Below are positions 1-10,136 of a stretch of 64,000 bases of DNA, piece by piece. Made by a program: the position numbers and the translations under genes. The DNA comes from an uncultured delta proteobacterium (GTDB lineage Bacteria; Desulfobacterota; Desulfomonilia; UBA1062). A model generated the notes under the pieces. The model was not told where the DNA came from and did no database searches. It worked only from the letters and a program-made list of their open reading frames with translations. Location: positions 578,043 through 642,042 of the forward strand of contig CAWCTR010000007.1 of assembly GCA_963798485.1 (NCBI GenBank), written 5' to 3'. Every line of letters starts with the position of its first letter. The stretch's first letter is position 1.

Positions 1-2
1 TA

Positions 3-452
3 TCACGGGGTCGGATTATGGATCTTAGAAGGGTTTTCAAGGATTGATTCGGCCCTGATGTATACCGTCCCCTGGAAGAGAGCCAGGATCTCACCCGAAG
101 CGTCTGTTACCTGCACCGAATAGGTGGCGAGTTTCCTGTTTCTGGACACCTCCCTGGCCTCGGCATAGAGGGTGTCGGTCTTGCCGGCCTTAATAAAGGA
201 TATAGTGGTGTTTATCGCTACAGCGGACTTCCCCCTGGTATGCGCAGCGGCTGCAAAGGCCATATCCGCCAGGGTGAATACGATGCCTCCATGGGCTATA
301 CCCAGGCTGTTTAGGTGCTGTTTGTCGACTGCCAGTCTTGTCCTGGCAAAACCTGGACCGGCTTCTACTATCTCTATTCCGCACAGCTCGGCAAAGGCGT
401 CTTTTGTGAAGTATTTTTTAAGCTGTTCAAGGTCAACATGGGTTTCGTTCAT
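3..452 (-). CDS. PaaI-family hotdog-fold thioesterase
   Basis: HLNSLGIAHGGIVFTLAD motif typical of PaaI/PaaD thioesterases. Confidence 0.9.
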   Translation of the reverse strand: MNETHVDLEQLKKYFTKDAFAELCGIEIVEAGPGFARTRLAVDKQHLNSLGIAHGGIVFTLADMAFAAAAHTRGKSAVAINTTISFIKAGKTDTLYAEAREVSRNRKLATYSVQVTDASGEILALFQGTVYIRAESILENPSKIHNPTP

Positions 453-465
453 AGGTCCGATCCTT

Positions 466-1233
466 TCATGTGCTTCTCACTCTGACCACGAGTTCATACA
501 GTGCAATGGTCGCTGCCTGGGATACGTTCAGGGAGTTAAAGTCACCCCTCATGGAGATTTTCACGGCAAGATCCAGTTCCGAGGTCATAACAGGTCTTAT
601 ACCGCTGTCTTCCCCTCCGAGGACAAGTCCCAGTTTATCAAACACAGGCGTGTGACTGATATCTTCGGGTGCGTCGGCCTCCAGCCCGACGAGCCAGAAC
701 CCGTTCTTTTTCAGATCCTGGGCCGCAGTCCTGAGGTTCTTAACGCGGGCGATCTTAACATGCTCCGTCGCACCCGATGAAGCCTTCACAACAGCCGGGG
801 TGATCGGTGCAGATCTATGTTCAGGGATGATGACCCCGGCATCTGCCAGCGCATGTGCGGTGCGGATGATAGAACCGAGATTCTGGGGGTCTTCCACGCT
901 GTCCAGGAGTATGACGCATTTTAAGGGGTAGAGGTCTTTCAGGTCGGCATATCGGTATGCCGAGACCTTGGCTGCGATACCCTGGTGATGATTCGTGGCA
1001 GTGATCTTATCCAGGTCATGTTTCTGGAGAACCCTTACAGGCACACCCCTGGATGCCTCCAGTAAATCATCATAATGCTGCTGCAGCACGAGGATCTCGT
1101 GAAACGTCCTTGTCCCCTTGTGAAGGGATTCCAGGACAGCATTTCTACCATAGATGACCTCTGTGCTGTTGTAACTTTTCGGTGCAACACGTGTAACTTG
1201 TCCATGTTTAAGGAAAGGGGTCTTATTCTTCAT
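466..1233 (-). CDS. rlmB: 23S rRNA (Gm2251) 2'-O-methyltransferase, TrmH/SpoU family
   Basis: YGRNAVLE, DPQNLGSIIRTA, GGEDSG and SLNVSQA motifs; start chosen at ATGA overlap with upstream nitroreductase stop. Confidence 0.88.
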   Translation of the reverse strand: MKNKTPFLKHGQVTRVAPKSYNSTEVIYGRNAVLESLHKGTRTFHEILVLQQHYDDLLEASRGVPVRVLQKHDLDKITATNHHQGIAAKVSAYRYADLKDLYPLKCVILLDSVEDPQNLGSIIRTAHALADAGVIIPEHRSAPITPAVVKASSGATEHVKIARVKNLRTAAQDLKKNGFWLVGLEADAPEDISHTPVFDKLGLVLGGEDSGIRPVMTSELDLAVKISMRGDFNSLNVSQAATIALYELVVRVRST

Positions 1234-2078
1234 AGGACCCAGCTTACCACATATTCGGTCGAAGAGGGCAGGGGAGAGATCCCTGGGTCCTGAATATGCC
1301 ATGAGCCCTTAAGACCCAGTTCAAGGGCGGTGCGTTCGAAATGGAACATGGCGATACCCATGTCGATCCGCTGGAGGTCTACCTCCCTGAACAGGACCCC
1401 GTATCCGAAGGTCCTTGCAAGGTATAAGTGGAAACCCTTCTCATTCATCACGATCCGCCATGGTTGCCGGTTTGAGGCAGAGGGGGCGAGACGGACCATC
1501 TCTAACGGTAGAGCAAAGGGCCCGGATGTTTCTTCACCGAGGGGTGAAGAGAATGAATCCTTGAAGAAGAGGGAAGCCCACGGTTTCCGGGCCCGCGACC
1601 CGGCGGTGAGCACGAACATGGTATCTATAAGGCTGCGATTTTCTGCAATGATACCCACAGGACTTATGGTCGGGATTATCTCTGCCTTTTGGGGTTGGGC
1701 AATATCAGAGAATAATGTCCTGTTAAAGGTCCCCCCCATCCAGCAGGTGCCAAGCCCTAAGGATGTAATGTAGAGGATTGCTGCCTCATAGAGGTAGCCA
1801 TAATCCTCGAACCCCATGCTGGAACGATTCAAGACACCCACAAGGAAGCTTGATGCCCCTGTAACAACCCCGTAGGTGCCCTTGACCCTCCCGAAGCCTT
1901 GCCTGGGTGCATCGGCAAGGATGAATCTCACCTGTGAGCCGAATGGGGGTTTTTCGATCCCGGAAATGAAGGCGCGGATATAATCCTTATCATCTTTTTT
2001 GACAGGCTCTTCCCGGTAGCTCCTCCATGAGCGCCTGATCCTGATGAGGTCGGTAACGGGTTTATTATATGAGATCAT
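1230..2078 (-). CDS. Nitroreductase-family protein (two nitroreductase-like domains)
   Basis: RRSWRSY, LGTCWMGGTF and LAPSASNRQPW motifs; GGAGG RBS before ATG 2078. Confidence 0.85.
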   Translation of the reverse strand: MISYNKPVTDLIRIRRSWRSYREEPVKKDDKDYIRAFISGIEKPPFGSQVRFILADAPRQGFGRVKGTYGVVTGASSFLVGVLNRSSMGFEDYGYLYEAAILYITSLGLGTCWMGGTFNRTLFSDIAQPQKAEIIPTISPVGIIAENRSLIDTMFVLTAGSRARKPWASLFFKDSFSSPLGEETSGPFALPLEMVRLAPSASNRQPWRIVMNEKGFHLYLARTFGYGVLFREVDLQRIDMGIAMFHFERTALELGLKGSWHIQDPGISPLPSSTEYVVSWVL

Positions 2079-2108
2079 GACTCCTCCTTGAACATGCATT
2101 ATGCCATA

Positions 2109-3203
2109 TTAATGAAGAAATGGATAATCCGAATACCCCTTTGGCCCGGGGGTGTAAAATGTTTGCAGATCAGGCTCCGCCAAGGGTGCTCCACGGCGGA
2201 TACGTTCCACCAGGTCAGGATTTGATATGAAGTATTTGCCGAAAGACACGGCATCTGCCAGGCCTTCTTCAATAACCCGGCTGCCGTTCTCCGGGTTGAA
2301 ACCGCAATTGATGATGAGGGTCCCCTTGTAGCGCGGCCGGAAATGTCTTGCGATCTCTTTCACCGCATAGGGCACGTTATCCACAGGCATCATAGGTTCT
2401 ACAAGATGGGCATAGGCGAGGCCAGGGTAGTCATTCAGCCGCTCGATGATATACTCAAAGGTAGGGATGGTGTCTTTATCGATGGTAATGCCGAAAAAGC
2501 CATGTGCTGAAGGGTTCAGCCTGATGCCTGTCTTATCAAAGCCGATGGCCTTCCCAACGGCATCAAGGGTCTCGAAGAAAAAGCGTGCCTTGTTCTCATG
2601 GTTGCCGCCGTATTCGTCGGTGCGGACATTTGAGCAGTTGGTGAAAAACTGGTGGAAGAGATACCCATTGGCAGAGTGGATCTCAACGCCGTCAAAACCG
2701 GCGGCAATGGCATTCTGGGCAGCATTCTTGAAGTCCCTGGTGATGGCATGGATCTCCTGAATTGTTAGTGCATGGGGCGACACGGTTTCTTTGAAGCCCT
2801 GGGGTGTATATGACTTGTCATTGGGGTTTATGGCGGACGGCGCTACGGGCAGCTCGCCGCCGTGGAAATCCGGGTGTGACATGCGGCCCACGTGCCAGAG
2901 CTGGATGAAGATATGTCCGTCTTTGTCATGCACTGCCTTGGTGACGAGCCTCCATCCTTCAATCTGGGCCTTGCTGTAAATGCCAGGGGTATTGATATAA
3001 CCCATAGCCTGCCTGGACACCTGAGACCCTTCGGTAATCAGGAGACCTGCCGAGGCACGTTGTTGGTAGTATTGCGCATGGAGCGCTGTCGGGGTGTTCT
3101 CCGGGTTGTCCGCGCGGCTGCGTGTCATGGGGGCCATGAATATGCGGTTCGCCAGTTCATACGGACCGATTTTAATTGGTTTTAAAAGGGCGTTATCTGA
3201 CAT
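2109..3203 (-). CDS. Alkene reductase / old yellow enzyme (NemA-like)
   Basis: MAPMTRSRA, QLWHVGR, EIHSANGYL and RTDEYGG motifs. Confidence 0.92.
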   Translation of the reverse strand: MSDNALLKPIKIGPYELANRIFMAPMTRSRADNPENTPTALHAQYYQQRASAGLLITEGSQVSRQAMGYINTPGIYSKAQIEGWRLVTKAVHDKDGHIFIQLWHVGRMSHPDFHGGELPVAPSAINPNDKSYTPQGFKETVSPHALTIQEIHAITRDFKNAAQNAIAAGFDGVEIHSANGYLFHQFFTNCSNVRTDEYGGNHENKARFFFETLDAVGKAIGFDKTGIRLNPSAHGFFGITIDKDTIPTFEYIIERLNDYPGLAYAHLVEPMMPVDNVPYAVKEIARHFRPRYKGTLIINCGFNPENGSRVIEEGLADAVSFGKYFISNPDLVERIRRGAPLAEPDLQTFYTPGPKGYSDYPFLH

Positions 3204-3472
3204 TCCTTCCTCCTTTAATTTTAATACACCTCATTACAATAGGTCTAAGAAATTATATTTCAAGCTGTTATGCGCATGAGATATTTCCTTAAAAGACGAT
3301 TAGGTGAGCTTATGCTCAGTTTAATCCAGGCAATCTCCACCAATGACATTTGAAAGTTGAGAACACCCGTATTATGGAATATTATAGCCATAAGTAAGAA
3401 TGATTCAAAAACGTATGAGTTAAACGCACAGGGCTTAAGAGGGATAATGAATATCAATAAAGGAGGCCATCC

Positions 3473-4747
3473 ATGTATGATTTTTTACTTACACCGGAAG
3501 AAAGGGAACTGAGGGACCAGGTCCGCCGGTTTGTTCGGGAAGAGGTGGAGAGCGAGTTCCTGCGGAAGATGGACAGGGATGAGATCGATTACCCCCGTGA
3601 GTTCGTGGAAAGACTTGCCCGGCACAACCTCAGGGGGATAAGGTTCCCTAAGAGGTATGGCGGTCGCGAGATGAGCTGGGTTGCCGATGTAGCGGCTGCG
3701 GAGGAGATCGGTTGTCTTGGCATGGCCCTGGGCTGCGCCTTTGTCATGCCCTCCATTGTGGGAGAGGCCCTCAACAGGTTCGGCACGGAGGATCTCAAAG
3801 AACGCTACCTAAAGCCCTACCTCCAGGGCAAGCTCGTGGCCGCCGAGGCCCTGACCGAGCCCAGGGGCGGGTCCGACTTCTTCGGCGCCACCACCAAGGC
3901 CGTGCTCCAGGGCGACCACTTTATCGTAAACGGCCAGAAGCGGTTCGTGGTAGGGGCTGAAGGGTCTGACTTCTTCCTGGTCTATTGCCGCACCAACTTC
4001 GAGCCCGATGCCCATAAGTACCAGCGCATAAGCCTGCTCATTATCGATAAAGGACCGGGCGTCGAGACCGAATACCATTACGGCCTCATGGGCTGCAGGG
4101 GCGGAGGCACAGGCAGGCTTGTCTTCCGTGACGTATCGGTGCCCAGGGGAAATCTCGTGGGAGAACTGCATGGCGGCGCCTTGTGCTTTAGCCAGATGAT
4201 GATCCCCGAGCGTATGACCTCCGCTTCCGGATGCCTCGGTGTCTGGGGCGCCCTTGATTTGGCGGTGCGCTACTCCAATAAGCGCGCTGCCTTCGGTAAG
4301 CTTATCAAGAAATATCAGGCAGTGAATTTCTTGGTTGCAGACTCGATAACCCAGCTCGATGCCGCCAGGGCCATAACATTCATGGCTGCAAAGGCGGTGG
4401 ACAGCGGTTACCCCAATATGCGCCGTTTAGTGAGCGAGGCCAAGAGATTCTCAACTGAGGCGGCGTGGAACGTTGTAAATAATGCCATGCAGATCATGGG
4501 CGGCATTGGTTACACAGACGTTTATCCCCTGGAAAGGGCGCTCCGCGATATCCGCTTGGCCTTGATCTGGACCGGAACAAGTCAGATCATGAACCTCATG
4601 ATCCAGCACGAGTACTATGATGAAATCCTTAATCAGCCCTATGACCGGCGTCACATGGAAAAGGACGCCATGCACCCGGACGACAGTGAGCGCTGCTTCA
4701 CGGACGATGACATGTGGGCCGTGCACAACCGTAAGGTGACGAGCTGA
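3473..4747 (+). CDS. Acyl-CoA dehydrogenase
   Basis: ALTEPRGGSD, NGQKRF and QIMGGIGY motifs; AGGAGG RBS. Confidence 0.92.
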   Translation: MYDFLLTPEERELRDQVRRFVREEVESEFLRKMDRDEIDYPREFVERLARHNLRGIRFPKRYGGREMSWVADVAAAEEIGCLGMALGCAFVMPSIVGEALNRFGTEDLKERYLKPYLQGKLVAAEALTEPRGGSDFFGATTKAVLQGDHFIVNGQKRFVVGAEGSDFFLVYCRTNFEPDAHKYQRISLLIIDKGPGVETEYHYGLMGCRGGGTGRLVFRDVSVPRGNLVGELHGGALCFSQMMIPERMTSASGCLGVWGALDLAVRYSNKRAAFGKLIKKYQAVNFLVADSITQLDAARAITFMAAKAVDSGYPNMRRLVSEAKRFSTEAAWNVVNNAMQIMGGIGYTDVYPLERALRDIRLALIWTGTSQIMNLMIQHEYYDEILNQPYDRRHMEKDAMHPDDSERCFTDDDMWAVHNRKVTS

Positions 4748-4782
4748 ACCCTATGTCTTTCTGATACGTCTTACCCGATTTG

Positions 4783-4826
4783 CCTTGAAAATCATAGCTT
4801 GACATCGCGATTTTCAAGGATATAAT
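4783..4826 (+). promoter_or_regulatory. Sigma-70 promoter with 11-bp inverted-repeat operator; probably leaderless mRNA
   Basis: TTGACA 4799-4804, 16-bp spacer, TATAAT 4821-4826, ATG at 4834 without SD; CCTTGAAAATC (4783-4793) / GATTTTCAAGG (4809-4819). Confidence 0.7.
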
Positions 4827-4833
4827 CTTATTT

Positions 4834-5982
4834 ATGATCCAGCGCTTGGCAGCCCTTACGCGCATAAGCGATGTCTTTAGGGTCCACCCGATTGCCGCCC
4901 TTCTGGGACCGCGCCAGTGCGGCAAGACCACACTTGCCCGGATGATGGCCGAACAGGAGCCGTGCACCTATTTCGACTTGGAGGACCCTGTCGATGTCCG
5001 CCGGTTATCTGCACCCATGACAGCATTGGAGGGTCTTACCGGCCTGGTGGTCATTGATGAAATTCAGCGCAGGCCCGAGCTGTTCGAGTTACTGAGGGTC
5101 CTGGCGGACAGGCCCGGGAACACTGCCCGCTTCCTGATTTTGGGCTCTGCCTCTCCGTATCTGATCAAAGGGGTTTCGGAATCGCTGGCCGGGCGTTTGG
5201 GATTCATTGATCTCTCCGGGTTTGATCTCCAAGAGGTGGGAAAGGAGCATCGAGAACACTTATGGCTGCGCGGCGGTTTTCCCAGGTCTTTTTTGGCCGA
5301 TGATGACTCAACGAGCATGCTCTGGCGGGGGAGCTTCATTCGTACGTTCCTCGAGCGGGACATCCCCCAGTTCGGCATAAGCATCCCTGCAGAGACCCTA
5401 CGACGATTCTGGACCATGGTCGCTCACTATCACGGCCAGGTCTGGAATGCGGCCCAGTTCGCCAGGTCGCTCGGCACCTCGGAAAACACTGCCCGGAGAT
5501 ATCTCGACATCCTTTCCGGGTCTTACATGGTAAGGATACTGCCTCCCTGGTTCGAGAACACCCGGAAGCGGCAAGTCAAGGCCCCAAAGGTCTACATCCG
5601 CGACAGCGGGATCCTGCACGCCTTGCTTCAGATGAGCACCCTGGACGATCTGCATGCGCACCCTAAGCTCGGTGCATCGTGGGAGGGGTTTGCCCTGGAA
5701 CAGGTCATCACGGCGCTCGACACCCGTGATACATACTTCTGGGCCACCCATGCCGGCGCCGAACTGGATCTGTTGGTCATGGTCTCAGGCAAACATTATG
5801 GGATTGAGTTCAAATATGCCGACGCCCCCGGGGTGACCCGATCCATGCATGTCGCCGTTGAAGATCTGGCCTTGGAGCGCCTATGGGTGATATATCCGGG
5901 CCGCCGGGAATACCCCTTGAGCGACAAGATCTCGGTCATCTCCATAGAATCCGTGCCGGATATGGCGAAAGAACTGCAGTGA
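4834..5982 (+). CDS. AAA_14 ATPase with DUF4143 C-terminus
   Basis: Walker A GPRQCGKT, Walker B VIDEIQ, RGGFP, KAPKVYIRDSG, and ELDLL..GIEFK nuclease-like tail. Confidence 0.88.
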   Translation: MIQRLAALTRISDVFRVHPIAALLGPRQCGKTTLARMMAEQEPCTYFDLEDPVDVRRLSAPMTALEGLTGLVVIDEIQRRPELFELLRVLADRPGNTARFLILGSASPYLIKGVSESLAGRLGFIDLSGFDLQEVGKEHREHLWLRGGFPRSFLADDDSTSMLWRGSFIRTFLERDIPQFGISIPAETLRRFWTMVAHYHGQVWNAAQFARSLGTSENTARRYLDILSGSYMVRILPPWFENTRKRQVKAPKVYIRDSGILHALLQMSTLDDLHAHPKLGASWEGFALEQVITALDTRDTYFWATHAGAELDLLVMVSGKHYGIEFKYADAPGVTRSMHVAVEDLALERLWVIYPGRREYPLSDKISVISIESVPDMAKELQ

Positions 5983-6065
5983 ACCGAATGCGTATCGCTT
6001 CTTGAAAACCAGCCTCAATAGTGCAATACTTCATTGCCGATGCTATAAAAACGAGAGGAATTGCC

Positions 6066-7725
6066 ATGCGAAGCGACCAGACCAAGAAATCCATTGAAAA
6101 GGCGCCCCACAGATCATTGCTCAAGGCATGCGGCCTGACGGATGAAGAGATAGCCCGCCCTATTGTAGGAATAGTGAACTCTGCAAACGAGATCATCCCC
6201 GGCCACATCCATCTGCGCCAGGTCGCAGACGCCGTAAAGGCGGGGGTTCGGATGGCAGGCGGAACGCCCATGGAGTTTTCGGTCATCGGTATCTGTGACG
6301 GCATTGCCATGAACCATGCAGGCATGAAGTACTCTCTACCTTCCCGTGAGATCATCGCCGACTCCATCGAGCTTGTGGTCATGGCCCATGCCTTTGACGC
6401 GTTAGTGTTCATCCCCAACTGCGATAAGGTGGTGCCCGGCATGCTCATGGCGGCCTTAAGGCTTAATGTCCCGTGCGTAGTGGTTTCAGGTGGTCCAATG
6501 TTGGCCGGGATGCATCGCGGCAAGAGCGTTGACCTCATCAGCGTGTTCGAGGGTGTGGGAAAGGTCAAGGCAGGCTCAATGAGCCCCTCCGAGCTCATCG
6601 AGCTCGAAGGGTGCGCCTGTCCGGGCGCCGGGTCATGCGCGGGCATGTTCACGGCCAATTCCATGAACTGCCTCACCGAGGCCCTGGGACTGGGCCTGCC
6701 CGGCAATGGCACCATCCCTGCGGTGTTCTCCGAACGTATCAGGCTGGCCAAGCATGCAGGCATGAAGGTTATGGAGCTGCTGGAAAAGGAGATAAACCCG
6801 AGGGATATCGCAACACCTCCTGCCTTCAGGAACGCCATTGCCGTGGACATGGCGCTCGGGTGCTCCACCAACACCGTGCTCCACGTGCCTGCGGTTGCCT
6901 ATGAGGCGGGCATCGAGCTGAACCTGGATGATTTCAACGTCAATGAGCTCCAAGGTGCCCCACCTGTGCTCGCTCTCTCCTGCAGGGCCCCACCATATTG
7001 AGGACCTGTACCGGGCAGGCGGTATCCAGGCCGTCATGAGGCGTCTTACCGAGATAAAGGCGTTGAACACCAAGGTGATGACCGTAACAGGCAAGACCCT
7101 TGTCAATAATCTTAAGGCAGCGCAGATCCTGGACGATGATGTCATCCGTCCCATTGCAAAGGCCTACCATAAAGAGGGCGGCATCGCCATCATGCGGGGG
7201 ACCCTGGCCCCTGACGGCGCAGTGGTGAAGCAGTCCGGCGTACTGCCCGAGATGATGAAGCGTAAAGGCAAGGCCCGGGTGTTCGACTCGGAAGAAAAGG
7301 CCACCAAGGTGATCCTTTCAGGCGGCATTAAAAAGGGTGATATCGTTATCATCAGGTATGAAGGCCCCAAGGGCGGCCCGGGCATGCGGGAGATGCTCAC
7401 CCCCACCTCGGCCATCGCCGGCATGGGGCTCGATAAGGACGTGGCCCTCATCACCGACGGCAGGTTCTCGGGCGGCACCAGGGGGGCGGCCATCGGCCAC
7501 TGTTCGCCTGAGGCGGCAGAAGGCGGGCCCATAGCATTGGTAAAAGAGGGTGATAGTATCCATATTGATATACCGGGGCGCAGGCTTGACCTGATGGTTG
7601 ATGAGGCCGAACTCGCGCAGAGGAAGAAGGCATGGAAACCGCCCAAGCAGCAGCTCACCGGAGTGCTCAAGCGCTATGCCCGCATGAGCCTGTCCGCTGA
7701 CAAGGGCGCACGGTACGAGGACTGA
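6066..7725 (+). pseudogene. ilvD: Dihydroxy-acid dehydratase split by one apparent extra base near 6939 (real frameshift or sequencing error)
   Basis: N-half [24 protein letters not shown] in ORF 6021-7001; C-half [20 protein letters not shown] in ORF 6928-7725. Confidence 0.9.
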
Positions 7726-8738
7726 TGAAGCAGGCCCGTTTCTGGGTAAAGGCGGATGAGGACAAGGTGCGATGTTTTCTGTGCGCACACCGGTGCCTTA
7801 TAGCCAATGGAAAGACGGGTGTCTGCGGGGTCAGGAAAAACGAGGCAGGGGTGCTTTACAGCCTTGTGTGGGGAAAGAGCATCTCGGCCAATGTTGACCC
7901 CATTGAAAAGAAGCCCCTGTTCCACTTTCTGCCCGGCTCAAAGTCCTTTTCCATTGCAACCGTAGGGTGCAACTTCACATGCGCCTTCTGCCAGAACAGC
8001 GACATCTCCCAGTTACCGCATGAAACGCGCCGCATTACCGGTGAAGACTTTCCGCCTGAGGCTGTGGTTGCATCGGCCGTGAGAAATGGCTGCAGGAGCA
8101 TCTCGTATACCTATACCGAGCCGACGATTTACCTGGAGTATGTACTCGATACGGCTGTACTGGCCAAGGAGCAGGGCCTGTTCAATGTTTTGGTCACCAA
8201 TGGTTATACGGCAACCGAGGTAATTGATAAGGATCTGAAGGACACCATCCATGCCGCCAACATCGATCTCAAGGCCTTCACCGAGGGGTTCTACAAGAGG
8301 CTGTGCTCGGCAAGACTGGCCCCGGTGCTTGATGCCATCCAGGCCTATCATGATGCGGGCATCTGGATCGAGATCACCACGCTTACCATCCCGGGAGAAA
8401 ACGATTCTGATGAAGAGCTCCATGACATCGCCTCTTTCATCAACTCCATAAGCCCTTCAATCCCTTGGCACATCAGCAGATATTATCCCCGTTACAAATA
8501 TGATTCCGCACCACCCACACCGGTTACGACTATCGAGCGGGCGCGGGAAATCGGATTGAGTGAAGGGCTGCATTTCGTGTATAGTGGAAATGTTACGGGC
8601 CATGTTGGAGAAAATACCTACTGCCCGAACTGCAAGAAGCTGATCATTGCACGCAAGGGTTACTTCATCGAACGTATCGATATGAAGGGTCAGGCGTGCG
8701 GATACTGCAATCATACCATACCGGGGAGATTCCATTAA
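7725..8738 (+). CDS. amrS: AmmeMemoRadiSam system radical SAM enzyme
   Basis: CFLCAHRC N-terminus, DPIEKKPLFHF, GCNFTCAFCQN CxxxCxxC motif, YTYTEP. Confidence 0.9.
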   Translation: MKQARFWVKADEDKVRCFLCAHRCLIANGKTGVCGVRKNEAGVLYSLVWGKSISANVDPIEKKPLFHFLPGSKSFSIATVGCNFTCAFCQNSDISQLPHETRRITGEDFPPEAVVASAVRNGCRSISYTYTEPTIYLEYVLDTAVLAKEQGLFNVLVTNGYTATEVIDKDLKDTIHAANIDLKAFTEGFYKRLCSARLAPVLDAIQAYHDAGIWIEITTLTIPGENDSDEELHDIASFINSISPSIPWHISRYYPRYKYDSAPPTPVTTIERAREIGLSEGLHFVYSGNVTGHVGENTYCPNCKKLIIARKGYFIERIDMKGQACGYCNHTIPGRFH

Positions 8739-8753
8739 GACCACGGTAAATAC

Positions 8754-10136
8754 ATGCAACAGGCAAGGAAGAAGATGTCAAGAAAAAATCAAACAGAGAA
8801 GAATATACTGTCCAACAAACTCAGATCCGGATGGGAGATCCTCCAGGGAAAAGAGGCAAGGGTAGAGGCCTACTGCCGCGAGTATCTCTCGTTCCTTTCC
8901 CGGGTGAAAACCGAACGGGAGGCTGTCGGCTACATTAAGGACAAGGCATCAAGGGATAAGGGACTCGTCGTCTTTGAGAACCGCGGAAAGGCCCTTGCCC
9001 TTTGCCGGACCGGCACGAGGCCGTTGGCAGAAGGGGTAAGGATCGTGGTGGCGCATCTCGACAGCTCCCGGATCGATCTGAAGGCCAACCCGCTCTACGA
9101 GGACACCGAACTGGCCATGCTCAAGACACACTACTACGGCGGTATCAAGAAATACCAGTGGCTCGCCAGGCCCCTGGCCCTGCACGGCGTGGTGGTCAAG
9201 GAGGACGGAAAGCTGGTGAATATCGTCATCGGCGAGGACGAGAAAGAGCCGTGTTTCACCATCGAGGATCTCCTGCCCCACCTCGCCGGCAAGGCCCAGT
9301 ACGGCAAGAAACTGGAAGACGCCTTTGTGGGAGAGAAGCTCAACCTCATCTGTGGCTCCAGGCCCGACCTTAAGGCCAAGGAAGAGAAGGTCAAAATGCA
9401 GATCCTTACGTTGCTGCATAGGAAATATGGGATCGTGGAGCAGGACTTTGTCTCTGCCGACCTTGAGATTGTCCCTGCAGGACCTGCCCGGGAGGTGGGC
9501 CTTGACGCCTCAATGATCGGGGCGTATGGCCAGGATGACCGTGTCTGTTCCTGGGCAGCCTTTGCAGCGGTACTCGATGCCGGGAAGGTGCCTGTTACCA
9601 CCATCGTGCTGCTGGTGGACAAGGAAGAGATCGGCAGCGACGGTAATACGGGCGCCAAGAGCATGTTCATCGAGGAGGCCTTGTGGGCGCTCGGTGACAA
9701 GCTCAAACAGGACATCAATCCTGCACGGGTCCTGTTCAGGAGCAAGGCGATCTCGGGCGATGCCAACGGCGCTTTTGACCCGGATTATCCCGAGGTGCAT
9801 GAGAAGTCCAATGCAGCGCGTATGGGCTATGGCATATGCGTGACCAAGTTCACCGGGGCCCGGGGGAAGGTGGGTTCCAGCGAGGCTCACGCGGAGTACA
9901 TCGGCTGGCTCAGGTCAGTCCTGAACCGCAAAGGCGTCCCCTGGCAGACCGGCGAGCTTGGTAAGGTGGATGAGGGCGGCGGGGGGACAGTGGCAAAATT
10001 CTTTGCAGAGTATGGTATGGACATCGTTGATGCAGGGCCGCCGCTGCTTTCCATGCATGCGCCCTTCGAGCTCGCTTCCAAGGTGGATTGTTACTCCACC
10101 TACCTGGCCTACCGGGCATTTATGGAGGAGTCATGA
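8754..10136 (+). CDS. M18-family aminopeptidase
   Basis: AHLDS, YYGGIKKYQW, GQDDR, DKEEIGS, GGGGT and LSMHAPFE motifs. Confidence 0.9.
   Translation: MQQARKKMSRKNQTEKNILSNKLRSGWEILQGKEARVEAYCREYLSFLSRVKTEREAVGYIKDKASRDKGLVVFENRGKALALCRTGTRPLAEGVRIVVAHLDSSRIDLKANPLYEDTELAMLKTHYYGGIKKYQWLARPLALHGVVVKEDGKLVNIVIGEDEKEPCFTIEDLLPHLAGKAQYGKKLEDAFVGEKLNLICGSRPDLKAKEEKVKMQILTLLHRKYGIVEQDFVSADLEIVPAGPAREVGLDASMIGAYGQDDRVCSWAAFAAVLDAGKVPVTTIVLLVDKEEIGSDGNTGAKSMFIEEALWALGDKLKQDINPARVLFRSKAISGDANGAFDPDYPEVHEKSNAARMGYGICVTKFTGARGKVGSSEAHAEYIGWLRSVLNRKGVPWQTGELGKVDEGGGGTVAKFFAEYGMDIVDAGPPLLSMHAPFELASKVDCYSTYLAYRAFMEES

Noticed and set aside
6021-7725. Programmed frameshift or Sec/Pyl recoding in ilvD
   Set aside because: No slippery sequence or in-frame TGA/TAG at the junction; a simple one-base insertion explains it
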